Source: Vicugna vicugna (taxonomy: Eukaryota). Taken from it: 64,000 nucleotides of DNA. Location of the stretch: NCBI GenBank assembly GCA_013265495.1, contig MU058423.1:8293627-8357626 (forward strand), written 5' to 3'. How positions within the stretch are numbered: the first letter of the stretch is position 1; the number at the start of each line of letters is the position of its first letter. Below the pieces are notes generated by a model, which was not told where the DNA came from, searched no databases, and saw only the letters and a list, made by a program, of their open reading frames with translations. Made by a program: the position numbers and the translations under genes. Below, piece after piece: positions 1-12,210 of the stretch.

Positions 1-24
1 TTCACATAAACTAAATCAAAGAAG

Positions 25-81
25 TCATCGGCGTGGGAAGTCCACTCCGTAGATGATCTTTCGCTTGAACCGTTCCTCCAG
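25..81 (-). pseudogene. Last coding exon segment LEERFKRKIIYGVDFPRR*
   Basis: Acceptor tcttcattttgttttgaaaatAG|ctg at 82-83; phase 0; TGA at 27-25; the exon presumably continues past the window start as UTR. Confidence 0.65.
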
Positions 82-1554
82 CTATTTTCAAAACAAAATG
101 AAGACAGATTCTTCAACCAATTTTATGTTATGTAACTCTGTTTTTAAAGTTTCCAAATTCACCTCATAGGTTTGAAATGAGCTGTCTTTTACATTTGTAT
201 TTTCTTTTATTATGGCCTTTTCACAAGCCTCAGAAAGATCCAATCATTCACATGAATTGCAGGGGTAATTAGGGGCATGCTAGGCTGTGGTTTTCTCTCC
301 CAACTGTGCATCGCTGAGGTGAAAAACACAAAGTGGGCATCTTGCTCTGCCTTGCCCAGCAGCCCAGGCCAGGAGGAGGGAAAACGAGGAGGTTGCGCTG
401 AATTGTGTGTGCATAAATACAAATTTTAAATTGATAAAAAATACAAAGGCATTTTATTCTCACAACTCCGGCTGGCAAATAGAAGGTATTACTGTGTTTT
501 TAAAGCAGGTTCACAACTTTTAATTTATTTGCTCCTCCCAATTACGTAGGCAGCAGCGATTGTCATCCTCATTTTATAGGCCGGGGAAAACTCGTAAGAA
601 GGAAGGGAGCTGCCTAAGGTCTTACAGAGAGGCTGCAGCAGAGCCAGATGAGAAACAGTAGACGCCTGGCTCCTCACAGTGCTCGAAAAATCATTCAAAT
701 GAAAACCTTGAAGGGATGAAGGAAGGAAGAAAGAAATGAAAGGAAGGAGGAAGAGAAATACTCACCAAGTACTCACTATTCTATGTTGCTTCCTTGCTCA
801 TTGTCTGACCCTCTTACTGGAACGTAAGTTCCATAAAGACCAACATTTTGGCTCTTTTGTTGCTGTATATTATAGATTAACACCTAGATAGTGCCCCCCC
901 CCTTTTTTAAATACAGATGTTTATTAAGGTCATTTCTAGCCCATGGCTAGGACTCATATTCAGCTCTATGAGCCACGGAGGGGCCTCGTCCCCATTCAAT
1001 GTTAATGACATTAGGGAGGCAGGGCCACAGGTAGATCCCACTGCTCCCACAGCAAGGGGTCCCTCCCATAGCCAGTATAAGTAGACACACAGCTGGGGGT
1101 AAAGAGGGAAATCACTGATGAACACATTCCCCTCCACCCCACCTGGGTCCTCGCATTCTCCCCATCTTCCAACACCATGGGCAAAAGGTGCCTAGTACCA
1201 TGTTGTGGGGTACCTAGGGAAGCCCCTTTGTCAGACCTCAGAGCTATGGGAAAGGCATGCCCTTCCCTTCGCAGGCATCCCAGGCCAGACTGGAACGCTG
1301 CAGTCCTTCCCGAAGCCGAGAGGGCACTGGCTGTCCGAGCCAGCTGAGCAGCTTCAACAGCTCCAAATTGTGTTCGTTGTGTGTGCTCCGTATAGAGATG
1401 CTCAGTAAATACTGGTGATGAGTGAATGAAAGGATTAAAAGTTTCTCAAATTCATTCTGAATTATGTCAAATGGAGTGGGCCATTTGAAAGTAGCTGAAT
1501 CATAAATCAGAATGTTATTCTGATTTTTTATTTCAGTTTCAAATTACAGAGACA

Positions 1555-2032
1555 TGGGGCTATTGATGCATGAAAAGACACGGAGGAAACAAAAATGCAC
1601 ATTACCAAGTGAAAGAAGCTAATCTGAAAAGGCTACACACTATATAATTCCAACTACATGGCATTCTGGAAAATTATAGAGAATCAAAAGATCAGTGGCT
1701 GCCAAGGGCTAAGGGGTTGGGAAGGATGGATAGGCAGAGCTCAGAGAATTTATAAGGCAGTGTAGTTACTCTGTATGATACTACAATTTTGAATACATGT
1801 CATTCATCATGCATTTTTCCAAACCCGCAGAATGTACAACATCAAAAGTGAACCCTAATATAAACTCTGTGGGTGATAACGATGTGTCAACGTACGTTCA
1901 ACAGATGTAACAAACACACAACTCCTGTGGGGGATGTTGATAATGAGCACGTCTGTGCATGTAAAGTAAAGGGTATATGGAAACCTTCCACTCTATTTTG
2001 CTCCAAAATATAGTCTATTAAATTTTTTTTTA
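1555..2032 (+). mobile_element. Old L1 3' end (L1MC-like)
   Basis: aagtgaaagaagc...aaaggctaca...aaaagatcagtgg...gtgaaccctaat motifs. Confidence 0.75.
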
Positions 2033-2929
2033 ATTGAAGGATTATAGAGGCACCGTTTGTTGCCTCTTCCATGGTTCGTGGTCCTATAGACAGTGACTTC
2101 GTCTCTCCTTGTTCCATTGCTTCAGCTTCACTGAAGGATGCCAATCCAGTCTTTCTGGGGTTATCCTGGGCCACTCCAAATTTTTGTCTATATATTTTAA
2201 GTCAGACTATCTTAATGATACCCTCCCATTTTGAGAAAAATCTGTCCAGCAAGTTTGATGTAAATTTTATTTACATAAATTACAAATAATATAGTTTCTG
2301 CAAATTTGTAACTATCAGCATTGCAGAATCCCATTAATCCTTGTTACCTGGGAAAAGGCCAAATTAGATGTGAGACATCTAAATTAGAAAGTATTTTTTT
2401 AAAGTAAATTCAACCTAATTCCTTTAAAATTCCCTGCATTATAAGAATGAGAGTCACCAAGTATTGTTCAGGAGATGGTCTTGGCTGAGTGAAAGAAATG
2501 GATCAAAACCAGCTCTCACATATGTGAGGTAAACCAGTGCCTCTCAGAGGCTTAAGGGATCTTCATGTGTTACTCAGAGCCCTTAAGTATTATTTAGACT
2601 CAAACAGCTTAGCAAACTTTGTCTTCACAGGTTATTTTGCCCTCAGTCCATCCTAATTCTCATATGTTTCATTGTTTGTAATTTTTAAAATATCTTTTTC
2701 TATGGCAGGAGAGAAGTTGATCATTGAACAGAGAGACAAAAGGATAAACAGATAAAATGACTTGTAAATGTCCCCACAATTCGGTCAAGGGTTTCCAGCC
2801 ACTGGCATTTTCTCTCTATCATTAAATTTGAATTGCTGAAAACTGAGGAATTTTGGAAGGTTATATGGTAATCACTCTCCCGGTGTTCTGTTTATTTGAA
2901 ATGAAAGTGTATTACTTTAAGTAATATAA

Positions 2930-3075
2930 GTATTTATATTATATGTTACTATATATTTGTTACTATATATTATATGTTACTATATATATGTTACTATATA
3001 TACTATATATTTATACTATATATAAATACATAAGTATGTGTGTATACATACTTACATTAGATATAAATATATACT
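2930..3075. repeat. AT-rich degenerate tandem repeat (TATATGTTAC-like unit)
   Basis: Direct reading. Confidence 0.9.
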
Positions 3076-3834
3076 ACCTTAAGTAATGAAAAGGAAAATA
3101 GTTGAAGCTTGTCATTTAAATACAGTAGAAATTGAGTGCCAGTCCCTCAGCTCCAGGCCTTTGCACTTGCTGTTCTTTCTGGAATGTTCTTATTCTCCTC
3201 AAACAGCCCCCATCCTCACTTCCCTCAGATCTTAGATCACCTGTCTTCTCAGAGAAGTCGGCTCTGACTCCTATCTAAAAACGCACACTTTTCTCCATAC
3301 TCCATCTCCTTAGACCTACTTCACTTTTCTTTATAGCACTTAAATTAACACCCAACCCATGATTTGTCTGTAATTTATTTGACTTCTCCCACCAGAGTGT
3401 AAACTTTAGAATTGAGCTGTTTTGTTGGTGGCCCAGAAGAGTCCCTGGGACAAGGGTCACTCAAATATTTGTTGAGTGAATGAGTGAAAAATCAGACACA
3501 CCAAAAATTGTGATATTTCTTTCTTCTTAAACACCGAATGGCTTTTTAGAAAGTGAATAGTCTCTGATTGGAAAAAAAAAATTCTCATAAAGGCCAAAAG
3601 GAAAACACCAAAACCTCGGCACGTCTGAAATAAAACTAGGGCTTTCAGAACAGGGTTTATGACTCTCCTCAACCTGCAGCCAACACTGACACTGTACCAC
3701 CCTTACAAGAGAGAGTGTCTGCTAAATCACTGCTAAACCACTAAATTTAGTCAACCCAGTGAAAGAAATCAGTCTAAGTTGGTTGATTGTCACAACACAG
3801 AGTGAACAACCAGTGGCTTGGTTATGGTTCTTAC

Positions 3835-3868
3835 CATTGACATGACTTCAGGTAAGACAGTATTGAGT
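3835..3868 (-). pseudogene. 34-nt exon (E)LNTVLPEVMSM
   Basis: Acceptor gatttttcatttaaAG|, donor atg|GTAAGA; phase 2 in and phase 0 out fit both neighbours. Confidence 0.65.
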
Positions 3869-4764
3869 CTTTAAATGAAAAATCCAGTGGCTCAAAATTG
3901 GTTTATATGTTAATCCAATACACAGATATCCAATATTGCATCAATGCTAATGCTTAGAATATAAACTTCCTGGCCTGAGCATGCTGACCGTCCAGCAGGG
4001 ACGACCGAGAAGGAAACAAGTATGGCCGCCCAGCATAGTAAGTCTTGTCACCCATGTGCGGTTCTGCGTCCCCAGCCGAGCTTGCGTTCTTAGGCACCCA
4101 GCTGCTGAGAGTGTTCCTTTTTGCAGAGACTATTAGAAAAAAACTTTGTGCCTGAGCCTGAGCTGTCTGAAACCTGGCCTCGAGTCACTTCTGTAGGGAT
4201 GGAAATAGAGCTGGAATAATTCATTTCAAAACTGCAAGCAATTTTCTGGAGAATTTGACACGATAGTTATTTGAGTCAGATTTTTCTTTTTTTCTTGAAA
4301 AACCATCAAAATGGGCCCTTCAGTTATGCAAATGAAAAGTTAAAAACCCAAATCAGAAAAGGTCACTTTTGAGAAACTGTGCCATTAGAGAGTGAAACAA
4401 AACTTCTATTGCCACAAAGTAAAAACAAGCAAAAATAACCTACTTGGTACCTCCAGTTGAATATCTCAGACATCTCAGACTCAGCATGACTATAGTGGAA
4501 CTCTTGGTTTCTCCTTCCAAAAAAACCCGGTGCTCCATGCATGGCTGTTCCCAACTCCCTCCCACCTTCCAGTTCTCATTCGTCACCCAGGGTCATCCCT
4601 GACTGTTCCTTTGCTTGACCAGCAGATCCAATCCCTCAGCAAGTTTCAGCATTCTGTCACCGAAAACACATCTTGCTTGAATCCATCCTCTTCTCTCCTT
4701 TCCCACTGTCACCCCTGTGTCTGAGCTGGTATCACCTCTCACTGGGGGACTGCAGTGGCTTCTT

Positions 4765-4919
4765 TTTTGTTTGTTTTGGGGTTTTTTTTGGGGGGGTAGT
4801 AATTAGGTTTATTTATTTATTTATTATTTTTTATTTAATGGAGGTAGTGGGGATGGAATCCATGACCCCGTGCATGCTAAGCACAGGCTCTACCACTGAG
4901 CTATGCTCCCACCCCATCA
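4765..4919 (-). mobile_element. tRNA-derived SINE (camelid vic-1 type)
   Basis: A/B box head on the minus strand, AT-rich tail, exact 18-bp TSD GGACTGCAGTGGCTTCTT at 4747-4764 and 4920-4937. Confidence 0.9.
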
Positions 4920-5024
4920 GGACTGCAGTGGCTTCTTCAGCTTCCACTTCTGTTATCTCCAGTCTGTTCTCCTCTCGGGAACCAGAAGCTTCTTCTTTTC
5001 GTCTTTAACTTGGTAATTCCATTT

Positions 5025-6627
5025 TTTTAAATTAATAAAGTTTATTTTTTAGAGCAGTTTTAAGTTCACGGCAAAATTGAGTGGGTGGTACAAGGAGTTA
5101 CCATACGCCTCTTATCCCTGCACCCGCACAACCTCCTGTATCATCAGCGTCTCCCACAAGAGTGGTACATGTGTTACAGTCAAGAACCCAACATTGACAC
5201 ATTATAATCACTCAAAGTCCACAGTTTCCATTGACTCATTCCTGGTGTTGTACATTCTATGATGTTGACAAATGTATAAAGATAGATCCACTATTATAGT
5301 ATCTTACAGATAGTTTTACTGTCCTGAAAATCCTCTGTGCTCCACCTATTCATCACTCCCTCTCTATTAACCCCCCCGACAACCGCTAGTCTTTTGACTT
5401 ATCTCCATAGCGTTCCCTTTTCCAGAATGTCATATGGTTGGGATCATACAGTATGTAACCTTTTCAGATTGGCTTCTTTCACTTAGCAATATCAATTTTA
5501 GGTTCTTCCATGTCTTTTAATAGCTTGACAGTGCATTTATTTTTAGCAATGAATAATATTCCATTGTCTAGATATACCACAGTTGTTTATCCATTCACCA
5601 ACTCAAGGACATCCTAGTGGCTTCCAAGTTTGAGCTGTTACAAATAAAGCTGCTATAGACATCTGTGCACAGGTTTTTATGTGGACATAACAATTCATTT
5701 GGGTAAATGCCAAGGAGCACAATTTCTGGATCACATGGCAAAAGTATGTTTAATTACAGAAGAAACTAACAAATTGTTTTCCAAGCTGTTGTTTTTGCAT
5801 TCCCACCAGCAATGAATACGGGCTCCTGCTGTTTCACATCGTCATCAGTATTTCACGTTAACAATGTTTTGGATTTTGGTCATTCTAATAGATGCCCAGT
5901 GGTATCTAATGCTGTTTTAATCTGTAATTCCCTAATGATACACAATATTAAATCTCTTTTCACATGCATACTTGCCATTTGTATTTCTTTTTTGGTGAAG
6001 TGTCTGTTCAATCTTTGGCCCATTTTTTAAAATTGAGTTGTTCATTTTCTTATTATTGAGTTTTAAGAGTTCTTTGTATGCTTTGGATAATAGTCCTTTA
6101 TTAGATGTGTCTTTTGAAAATATTTCCTCCCAGTCTGTGGCTTGTCTTCTCACTCCCTTGACAGTGTAAAGAAGTTTTTAATTTTAATGAACTCCAGCTT
6201 ATCAGTGTCTTCTCTCATAGATCGTGACTTTGGTGTTGCATCTAAAAAGTCATTGTTATACCCAAGGTCACATAGATTTTCCTTATGTTATTTTCCAGGG
6301 GTTTTATTTATAGTTTCACATTTAACATGTAGGTCTATGACTCATTTTGAGTTAATTGTGAAGGGAGTAAGGTCTGTGTCTAGATTCATTATTTTGCATG
6401 TTGATGTCTAGTTGTTCCAGCACCATTTGTTAAAAGGACAGTTGTCGCTCCATTATGCTGCTTTTACTCCTCCGTGAAATACCAGTTGATTGTATTTATG
6501 TGGTCCTGTTTCTGGGTTCCCTAGTCTGTTCCATTGATCTATTTGTCTGTTTCTTTGCCAATATCACACTGTCTTGATTACTACAGCTCTATAGTAAGTC
6601 TTAAAGTTGGACAGTGTCATCCTCCAA
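5025..6627 (-). mobile_element. L1 (L1MC-like) ORF2 3' part plus 3' UTR
   Basis: Translation RRQATDWEEIFSKDTSNKGLLSKAYKELLKLN is L1 ORF2p C-terminal; 3' UTR motifs. Confidence 0.88.
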
Positions 6628-8054
6628 CAGAAGGAGTTCTTTTTAAAGCATAATTTGTGTTTTAAAAACAAATTCTTCAAACACTTCTTCTTGTCCTTAG
6701 AATGAAGTCCAGATATTTAACTAGGCCTCCAAAACCGCCTGCCAACCTCTCCATTTCCATCTTCTCCTCTCCCTCCTTACTTTTTATTCTCCAGTCAGAG
6801 GGGACTTTGTTTGCTTCTCTGAATGTGCCATACTTCCGTACACATCAAGGCTGTCACACTTGCTGTTTTTGTTGCAAGGAGTATTCTTTCCAACTCTTCC
6901 ACAACCCCCACCACTCTCCCTGCACCAGGCTAACTCCTTTCAATCCTCTGGGCCCCAGCTCAAAGATCAGTGCTCAGGCAAGTCTTCCCGACCCTCCTGA
7001 CTGGGTCCAGCCCCATGTTATACACTTAACATTTCACTTGGGTTCTCTTTTTTAGCACGTATTAAATTACAGTTGATTGAATCTTTGTGTAGTTACTTTG
7101 CACAATGGATATTCCTACTAGACTGTAATTTCTCTGAGGCCAGGGGCTATTTATTGTGGTCCCCTTGGCACAATGCCTGGCACCTGGCAAGGGGCCAATA
7201 AGTGATAGTTGAGCAAGTGAGTTATTGAAACCTCCAGCCCATGGCTACATAATCGCATATCTATTGGAACAATACAAGTATGTTTCAAATGAGACCTGTC
7301 AATCTTTTCAACACTAGAATTCATTCACAAGAATAGAATTCATATTGAGTCATTTTTATACATTTGGCTAGTAATTAGGTAACATAAAAAACACTTTTTT
7401 CTAGCTTTCTTGCTTTTAAAATGACTACAACTATAATAAAAGTCAGATAACATTCCTTTCTTTTTTCTCTGAAATAGATATTTTGCAAAGTAGAAAATTA
7501 TTCCCAGTTATAGTGCTGTCATTAGATCTCTCTGGCCTCCTAGGAAATAATTCATGTAGAGCCCCCACCAGCCTTCTGTTACTTATATAAGAAGCAGGAC
7601 TGCAGCTGCTACTTAGGTGATACTTTTGCCTGTGGAAACAGAAAAAGAAACTAGTTGGTGGAGAATGATTTTCTTTGTTCTAGCTTTAATTTATAATACC
7701 TTCTGTGTTTTCCTCAGACACATGAATGTATAATCCTCAACAAGTTAACTGATCTTTGGAATGTGGGCACCACTGACTCTTATTAAAAAGATTAAAAATA
7801 AGGATTAAACTTGAGTAGGTATTATATTAAAATGTAGTTTTAGAGAAAACCTTTAAAGTTTTATTAACTATTATAAAATAACTTTTTGACTCATGAGCTT
7901 GAGAAGGCAGGGGCTCAGCCAGCCTCTTGGAATTGTTCTTGGAGTAGGGGGTGGAGATAGGTTCCAACAGGGCTCAACTCTTGTGTGAACTCTGCAAATA
8001 GCAGAGATTAGGGTCCAATAGTATATATTCCTTTTAAAGGCTATGTTTAGCTGA

Positions 8055-8400
8055 ACTCGGCGACATGGAGAGGAGAATGGTGGTTACCAGGACCTAGGGG
8101 GCTGGGGAGCTGGGGAGATGTTGTTAAAGGATGCAGACTTGCAACCTGAAAGTGAATAAGTCTTGGAGATCTAACACACAGACTAGTGATTACAGTTAAC
8201 AACGTGTATTATAAACTTCAGAGTTGCTAAGAGACTAATCTTAAATGTTCTCACCACAAAAAAGAAATGATAATTATGTGATGTGACAGAGGTGCTAGCT
8301 AAAACTACTGTGGTAATCAGGTTGCAATATACAAAGGTACCAAACCAATACACTGTACACCTGAAACTTATAAATGTTCTATGTCAACTATATCTTAATT
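8055..8400 (+). mobile_element. L1 3' end (L1MA-like)
   Basis: tggtggttaccagg...gttgctaagaga...atgttctcaccac motifs. Confidence 0.75.
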
Positions 8401-8940
8401 TTTTTTTCAAACCTATCTTCAGTAAGGAAATAGTATGTTAAAGCTTTAATTTAGCAGCATTCTAAATAACTGCTAAATATGTCTCTATAATTAGGGGGTG
8501 ATTAGAGATGGAATGACTTTTATTAAATATTGTATTCATTCATTCTTCCATTCATCAAGTATCTGTTTAAAGCCAAAATGCACCACGTCCAGCTCAAGGT
8601 ACTTGGGATATACATCATAAATAAAGCAAAGAAAGATTCCCGCCCTTGTGAAGATTATATTCCATTAACCCTTCTTGTAATATTAGGTAACTTATGTATT
8701 ATTAATCAATTCAAAATATTTATTGGCTACTTAGAAGCCCTGCAGTAAACAAAACAGACAAAGAACTCTATCCCTGTGCATTCCACTTTCTAACAAGGGT
8801 AGATGGACAGCAAACATAATAAATAGCCAAATTACATAATAAGTTAGAAACAGTTAAAACTAATAAATCTAAATCCAAAACAGAAGAAATAGTTGAAGTA
8901 GATTTTCTTTCCTTCCAAAAGTTTCAAAGGTTCTGCATAC

Positions 8941-8978
8941 TCTGAAAGCAAAAACTGTTCACTTTTAAAAGAAAATCT
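8941..8978 (-). pseudogene. 38-nt exon RFSFKSEQFLLS(E)
   Basis: Acceptor cattttttacAG|, donor ga|GTATGC; phase 0 in, phase 2 out. Confidence 0.62.
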
Positions 8979-9229
8979 CTGTAAAAAATGAGTCATCATG
9001 AGATCTTGTTTATTAGTAATAGGTATATTCATTCAGTCATTGATCCATTTATTTTGAAAATATGCATCAGGTGCTTATCTGTCGCAGAAGATGGCAGCAG
9101 ACATTATAGATACAATCCCTGCCCTCATGGGCAAACATTTTCTACTCATCCCAGAATTCCATGGAGAAGACACAGATCTGAAAAAGCGTGTGTCTGCATA
9201 GCACATTTACCCTAAAATTAATAACAACT

Positions 9230-9320
9230 TTTTTCTTCTAATGGAGGTACCAAGGATTGAACCCAGGACTTCGTGCATGCTAAGTATGTGCTCTACCATT
9301 GAGCTATACCCACCCACCCG
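9230..9320 (-). mobile_element. tRNA-derived SINE, short form
   Basis: ggattgaacccaggacttcgtgcatgctaag...ctctaccattgagctataccc matches the other copies. Confidence 0.85.
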
Positions 9321-9849
9321 ATAACTATTGTTTAAAGACTTCTTTCCTGTTTGTTTTCCTGTCAATCAAAAAGCTTCTGAAATCTAAAACATTGTTTCTA
9401 ACTGGAGGGATGGAGAAAGATAACAGTCTTTGCTGCTGCCAATATGGTTTCATCTTCACTGTGACAAGGAAGACTTTGCTGCCCCTATGGAAGCTATGTT
9501 AACTGAGTCATGGAGGAGGGTGGCAGGGAGAGCTGTTCCTGACTGCACATTCTGGTGAAGAAACTGTAGTTTCTACAAGAATTTAAAGAACCACCTCTGT
9601 GGCCTCCTTTCAACCTTAGGTTCATGTCATATTCTTAATGTCCCACTGTCCAAGTTGGGGGAGTTATTTTAAGGAAGGAAATGTACCATATCCAGTCTCT
9701 TAATATATCATAAAATGCTTTGAAGATTTTTGTGGTAGATTCTGTTCTTTTTGCTGGCTTACTGTTTCTTCCCCCTTCTCCTCGTCCTAGCACCCCACTT
9801 TTTCTTTCGCAAACCACTCCGTTTCATTCCACTTGCCAGGACTGCCAAT

Positions 9850-10130
9850 CAACTGACCCAACTCCCTTGGCCAAGCAGTGTCCCTGGGACCCGAGCCAGG
9901 CCAAGCCGATTCTCCTGGGATCTGAATCTTGAGCAGGGTGACTCAAGGTCAGAAGATATTTGTAGCCAGACTTTCTGATGGTGGAGCTCTGAAGAAATCA
10001 TTCATCCTTTCCTGCCATTTAGATCCCCAAGCTGAACTGAACTAGCCCATATATCCTTCCAGTAAAATTCCTTTTTACTTAAATATGCCAGAATTGACTC
10101 TTTTTGCTTCTGACCAAAGAATCTTAATGT
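9850..10130 (+). mobile_element. Old MaLR LTR fragment (MLT1-like)
   Basis: 3' end aaattcctttttacttaaa...ccaga...aaagaatcttaat; abuts the donor of the 42-nt exon. Confidence 0.5.
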
Positions 10131-10136
10131 ACTTAC

Positions 10137-10178
10137 CCTTATAAATAAATTAGAGAATGTCATAAACAATTGTTAGAC
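10137..10178 (-). pseudogene. 42-nt exon V*QLFMTFSNLFIR with in-frame TAA
   Basis: Acceptor atatttttaaAG|, strong donor agg|GTAAGT; phase 0/0; TAA at 10175-10173. Confidence 0.6.
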
Positions 10179-10462
10179 CTTTAAAAATATATTTGTTGAA
10201 ATTGACAAAAATGAGAATTCATTTTGTTTTTCCTTGAGTCATCGAATAGTTTACTCCTCAGGGCAGAAAAACACAGTTTGAATATATATATGCAATAAGT
10301 ATAACTATTCTGAATGTATTGAGAAAAATTGTAGTCTTATGTTAAAAAGCATTATTTTAAAAAAGGAATTACAAATAGACTGGCCTTTTTATGTAAAACT
10401 GTTAATGTTCAAATAAATTCTGTAATGTGTATAAACTCTCATTTCCAAAATGAAGTACTTAC

Positions 10463-10524
10463 AGCAGAAATGAAATCAATCACTGTAATAGCTGAATGTG
10501 GGAGAAGCTGCTGTAGTCCCTTCA
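10463..10524 (-). pseudogene. 62-nt exon KGLQQLLPHSAITVIDFISA
   Basis: Acceptor gcattttttAG|, donor gct|GTAAGT; phase 1 in, phase 0 out; open frame. Confidence 0.62.
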
Positions 10525-10537
10525 CTAAAAAATGCCA

Positions 10538-10624
10538 TATATATATACATATACGTATATACATATATACACATACACACACACATATATGTGTGTGTGT
10601 ATGTGTATAGATGGACACACACAC
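10538..10624. repeat. TA/CA/TG microsatellite containing a 44-bp perfect palindrome (10566-10609)
   Basis: Sequence equals its own reverse complement. Confidence 0.95.
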
Positions 10625-11466
10625 GTTTACATTTGTACAAAAACAGTAGCTACTTACTCTATTTTTAGTTACTCATTCCTTGAGGTCGGAGTGTTTAATT
10701 ATGACAGAAATTGTTCCTTTGGTAACTATTTATCTCTGCCACTATTTCCTAATTTATAAAGAGGAAGCAAATCAGATCCAGGGATGCCTTAGTCCACATA
10801 GCCTTGACGACTGGCTTCTGATTTTTTTAAATTTCTGGGCCGGCACAATGTTTCGCTAAATCAGGAGAGTTTTGCAAACTTCAGAATATAGTGCTGATGG
10901 TGAAAATGTGGCCAAATAATAATAAACAACACGAACTTGATGACATCTTTTTATAGATGATGCTTTATAGTTCTCAACCCTTTTTGAATAATGTACCCAT
11001 CAGGTTCTGAGCAAAAAAAAAAAATAGAATTTACGCAGAAGATTCAATGAAAAACTTAATGAAAGGAACACTTACAGAGGTTGTAGACAGGTTAAGGAGC
11101 ACACGAGTCATGCTGAGGCAACCAGAGGCTAACTGGCAAGAGCAGAGAGCCTTTACCTTCCTTAAAACTAAGGAGCCCCATGACAAGTCAGAACTGAAGA
11201 AGAGGGTGGCCCAGCCGCTGCCAAAGGTGGGAAGGCAGAATTATCTTGCTGCTTCTTTCTTTCCACCTTCTGATCTACTGAACCAGAAGCCAGACGGCAA
11301 CGGAGTCCTGGCAGTGCAGTTAGTAGGAGACGGCAAATCCTTAGGGCACAAAGAAGGCAGAGAAGGGGGGCCAACGTGTCGGGGGGGACAGCCAGAGAAT
11401 AACCAGCCACATACATTAACTCAGAATAGAAGAGACTCAGAGAGATTACTGCCTGATTAAATTTAC

Positions 11467-11731
11467 ACGAGTCATAATCCCTGGTCTGAGACTTAAATAC
11501 AAGTTTCCAGACCCTCCAAAGCCAGCGCTTTTCTCCAATACACTTTAGTTCACGGCTTAGTTGCTGATGATTGAGGAGTATTGTGTTGCGTGGATCAAAC
11601 ATAAAATTCTGTTTCAAACTGAGTCACCTCAGCGGAGGTCCCTAAGGAGGTCCTTTGTTGCACGTCTACCCAGAAGGCAGACTGTCCAGTGAACTTGGTG
11701 GGCACAGTGATGATGACTGTCCTGTCCTGTC
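11467..11731 (-). pseudogene. Degraded exon including LKQNFMFDPRNTILLNHQQLSRELKCIGEKRWLWRVWKL
   Basis: Long pyrimidine tract and ccAG acceptor at 11733-11732; weak donor t|GTAAAT gives phase 1 into the next exon; the 5' half has stops in all frames. Confidence 0.4.
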
Positions 11732-12210
11732 CTGGTGAGGTCAACAGAGACACAGGGAGTCGTGGGAGCAGTAGAGAGGAACAAAGCCGTGAAGAGGAGG
11801 CTTTGAGGGCCGTCAGAGAGAAGCGTCACCACGTGGGTGAGAGCCCGGTCAGAGGAGTCAGCCAGCCTGCGTTTGAATCCACTGTCTCTCTCACACTCTG
11901 GGGCACTGGGGAATTAATCTGAGTCTCCATTTACTCCTCTATTACTGGGGGTAAAAATATCTACCTCATAGGGTTGCTATGAGGATGAAAATACTGCTTA
12001 TACAGTGCTTAGTGTGATGCTTGATGTGGTAGTTCAAATTAACATTAATATCTACCCAATATTTATTGGGCTCTTGACATTCTGTTGCTATTCATAAAAC
12101 AGACTTAAGATAGGCCTTGCTACCCCTCATTTTACAGATATGGAGATTGAAGCTTAGAGAATGATTTGCCTGAGATCACATAGCTAACACTGGTGTTGGC
12201 ATTTGAATTT

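Larger units (their letters stand above)
4420..7225 (+). mobile_element. L2 fragment split by a SINE and an L1
   Basis: L2 body motifs at 4420-4990 resume at ~6630 and end in the tgcctggcac...caataa 3' end near 7200. Confidence 0.6.

Noticed and set aside
11047..11460. 137-aa plus-strand ORF
   Set aside because: Lies in what looks like an old LTR-like element; no splice context or recognisable domain.
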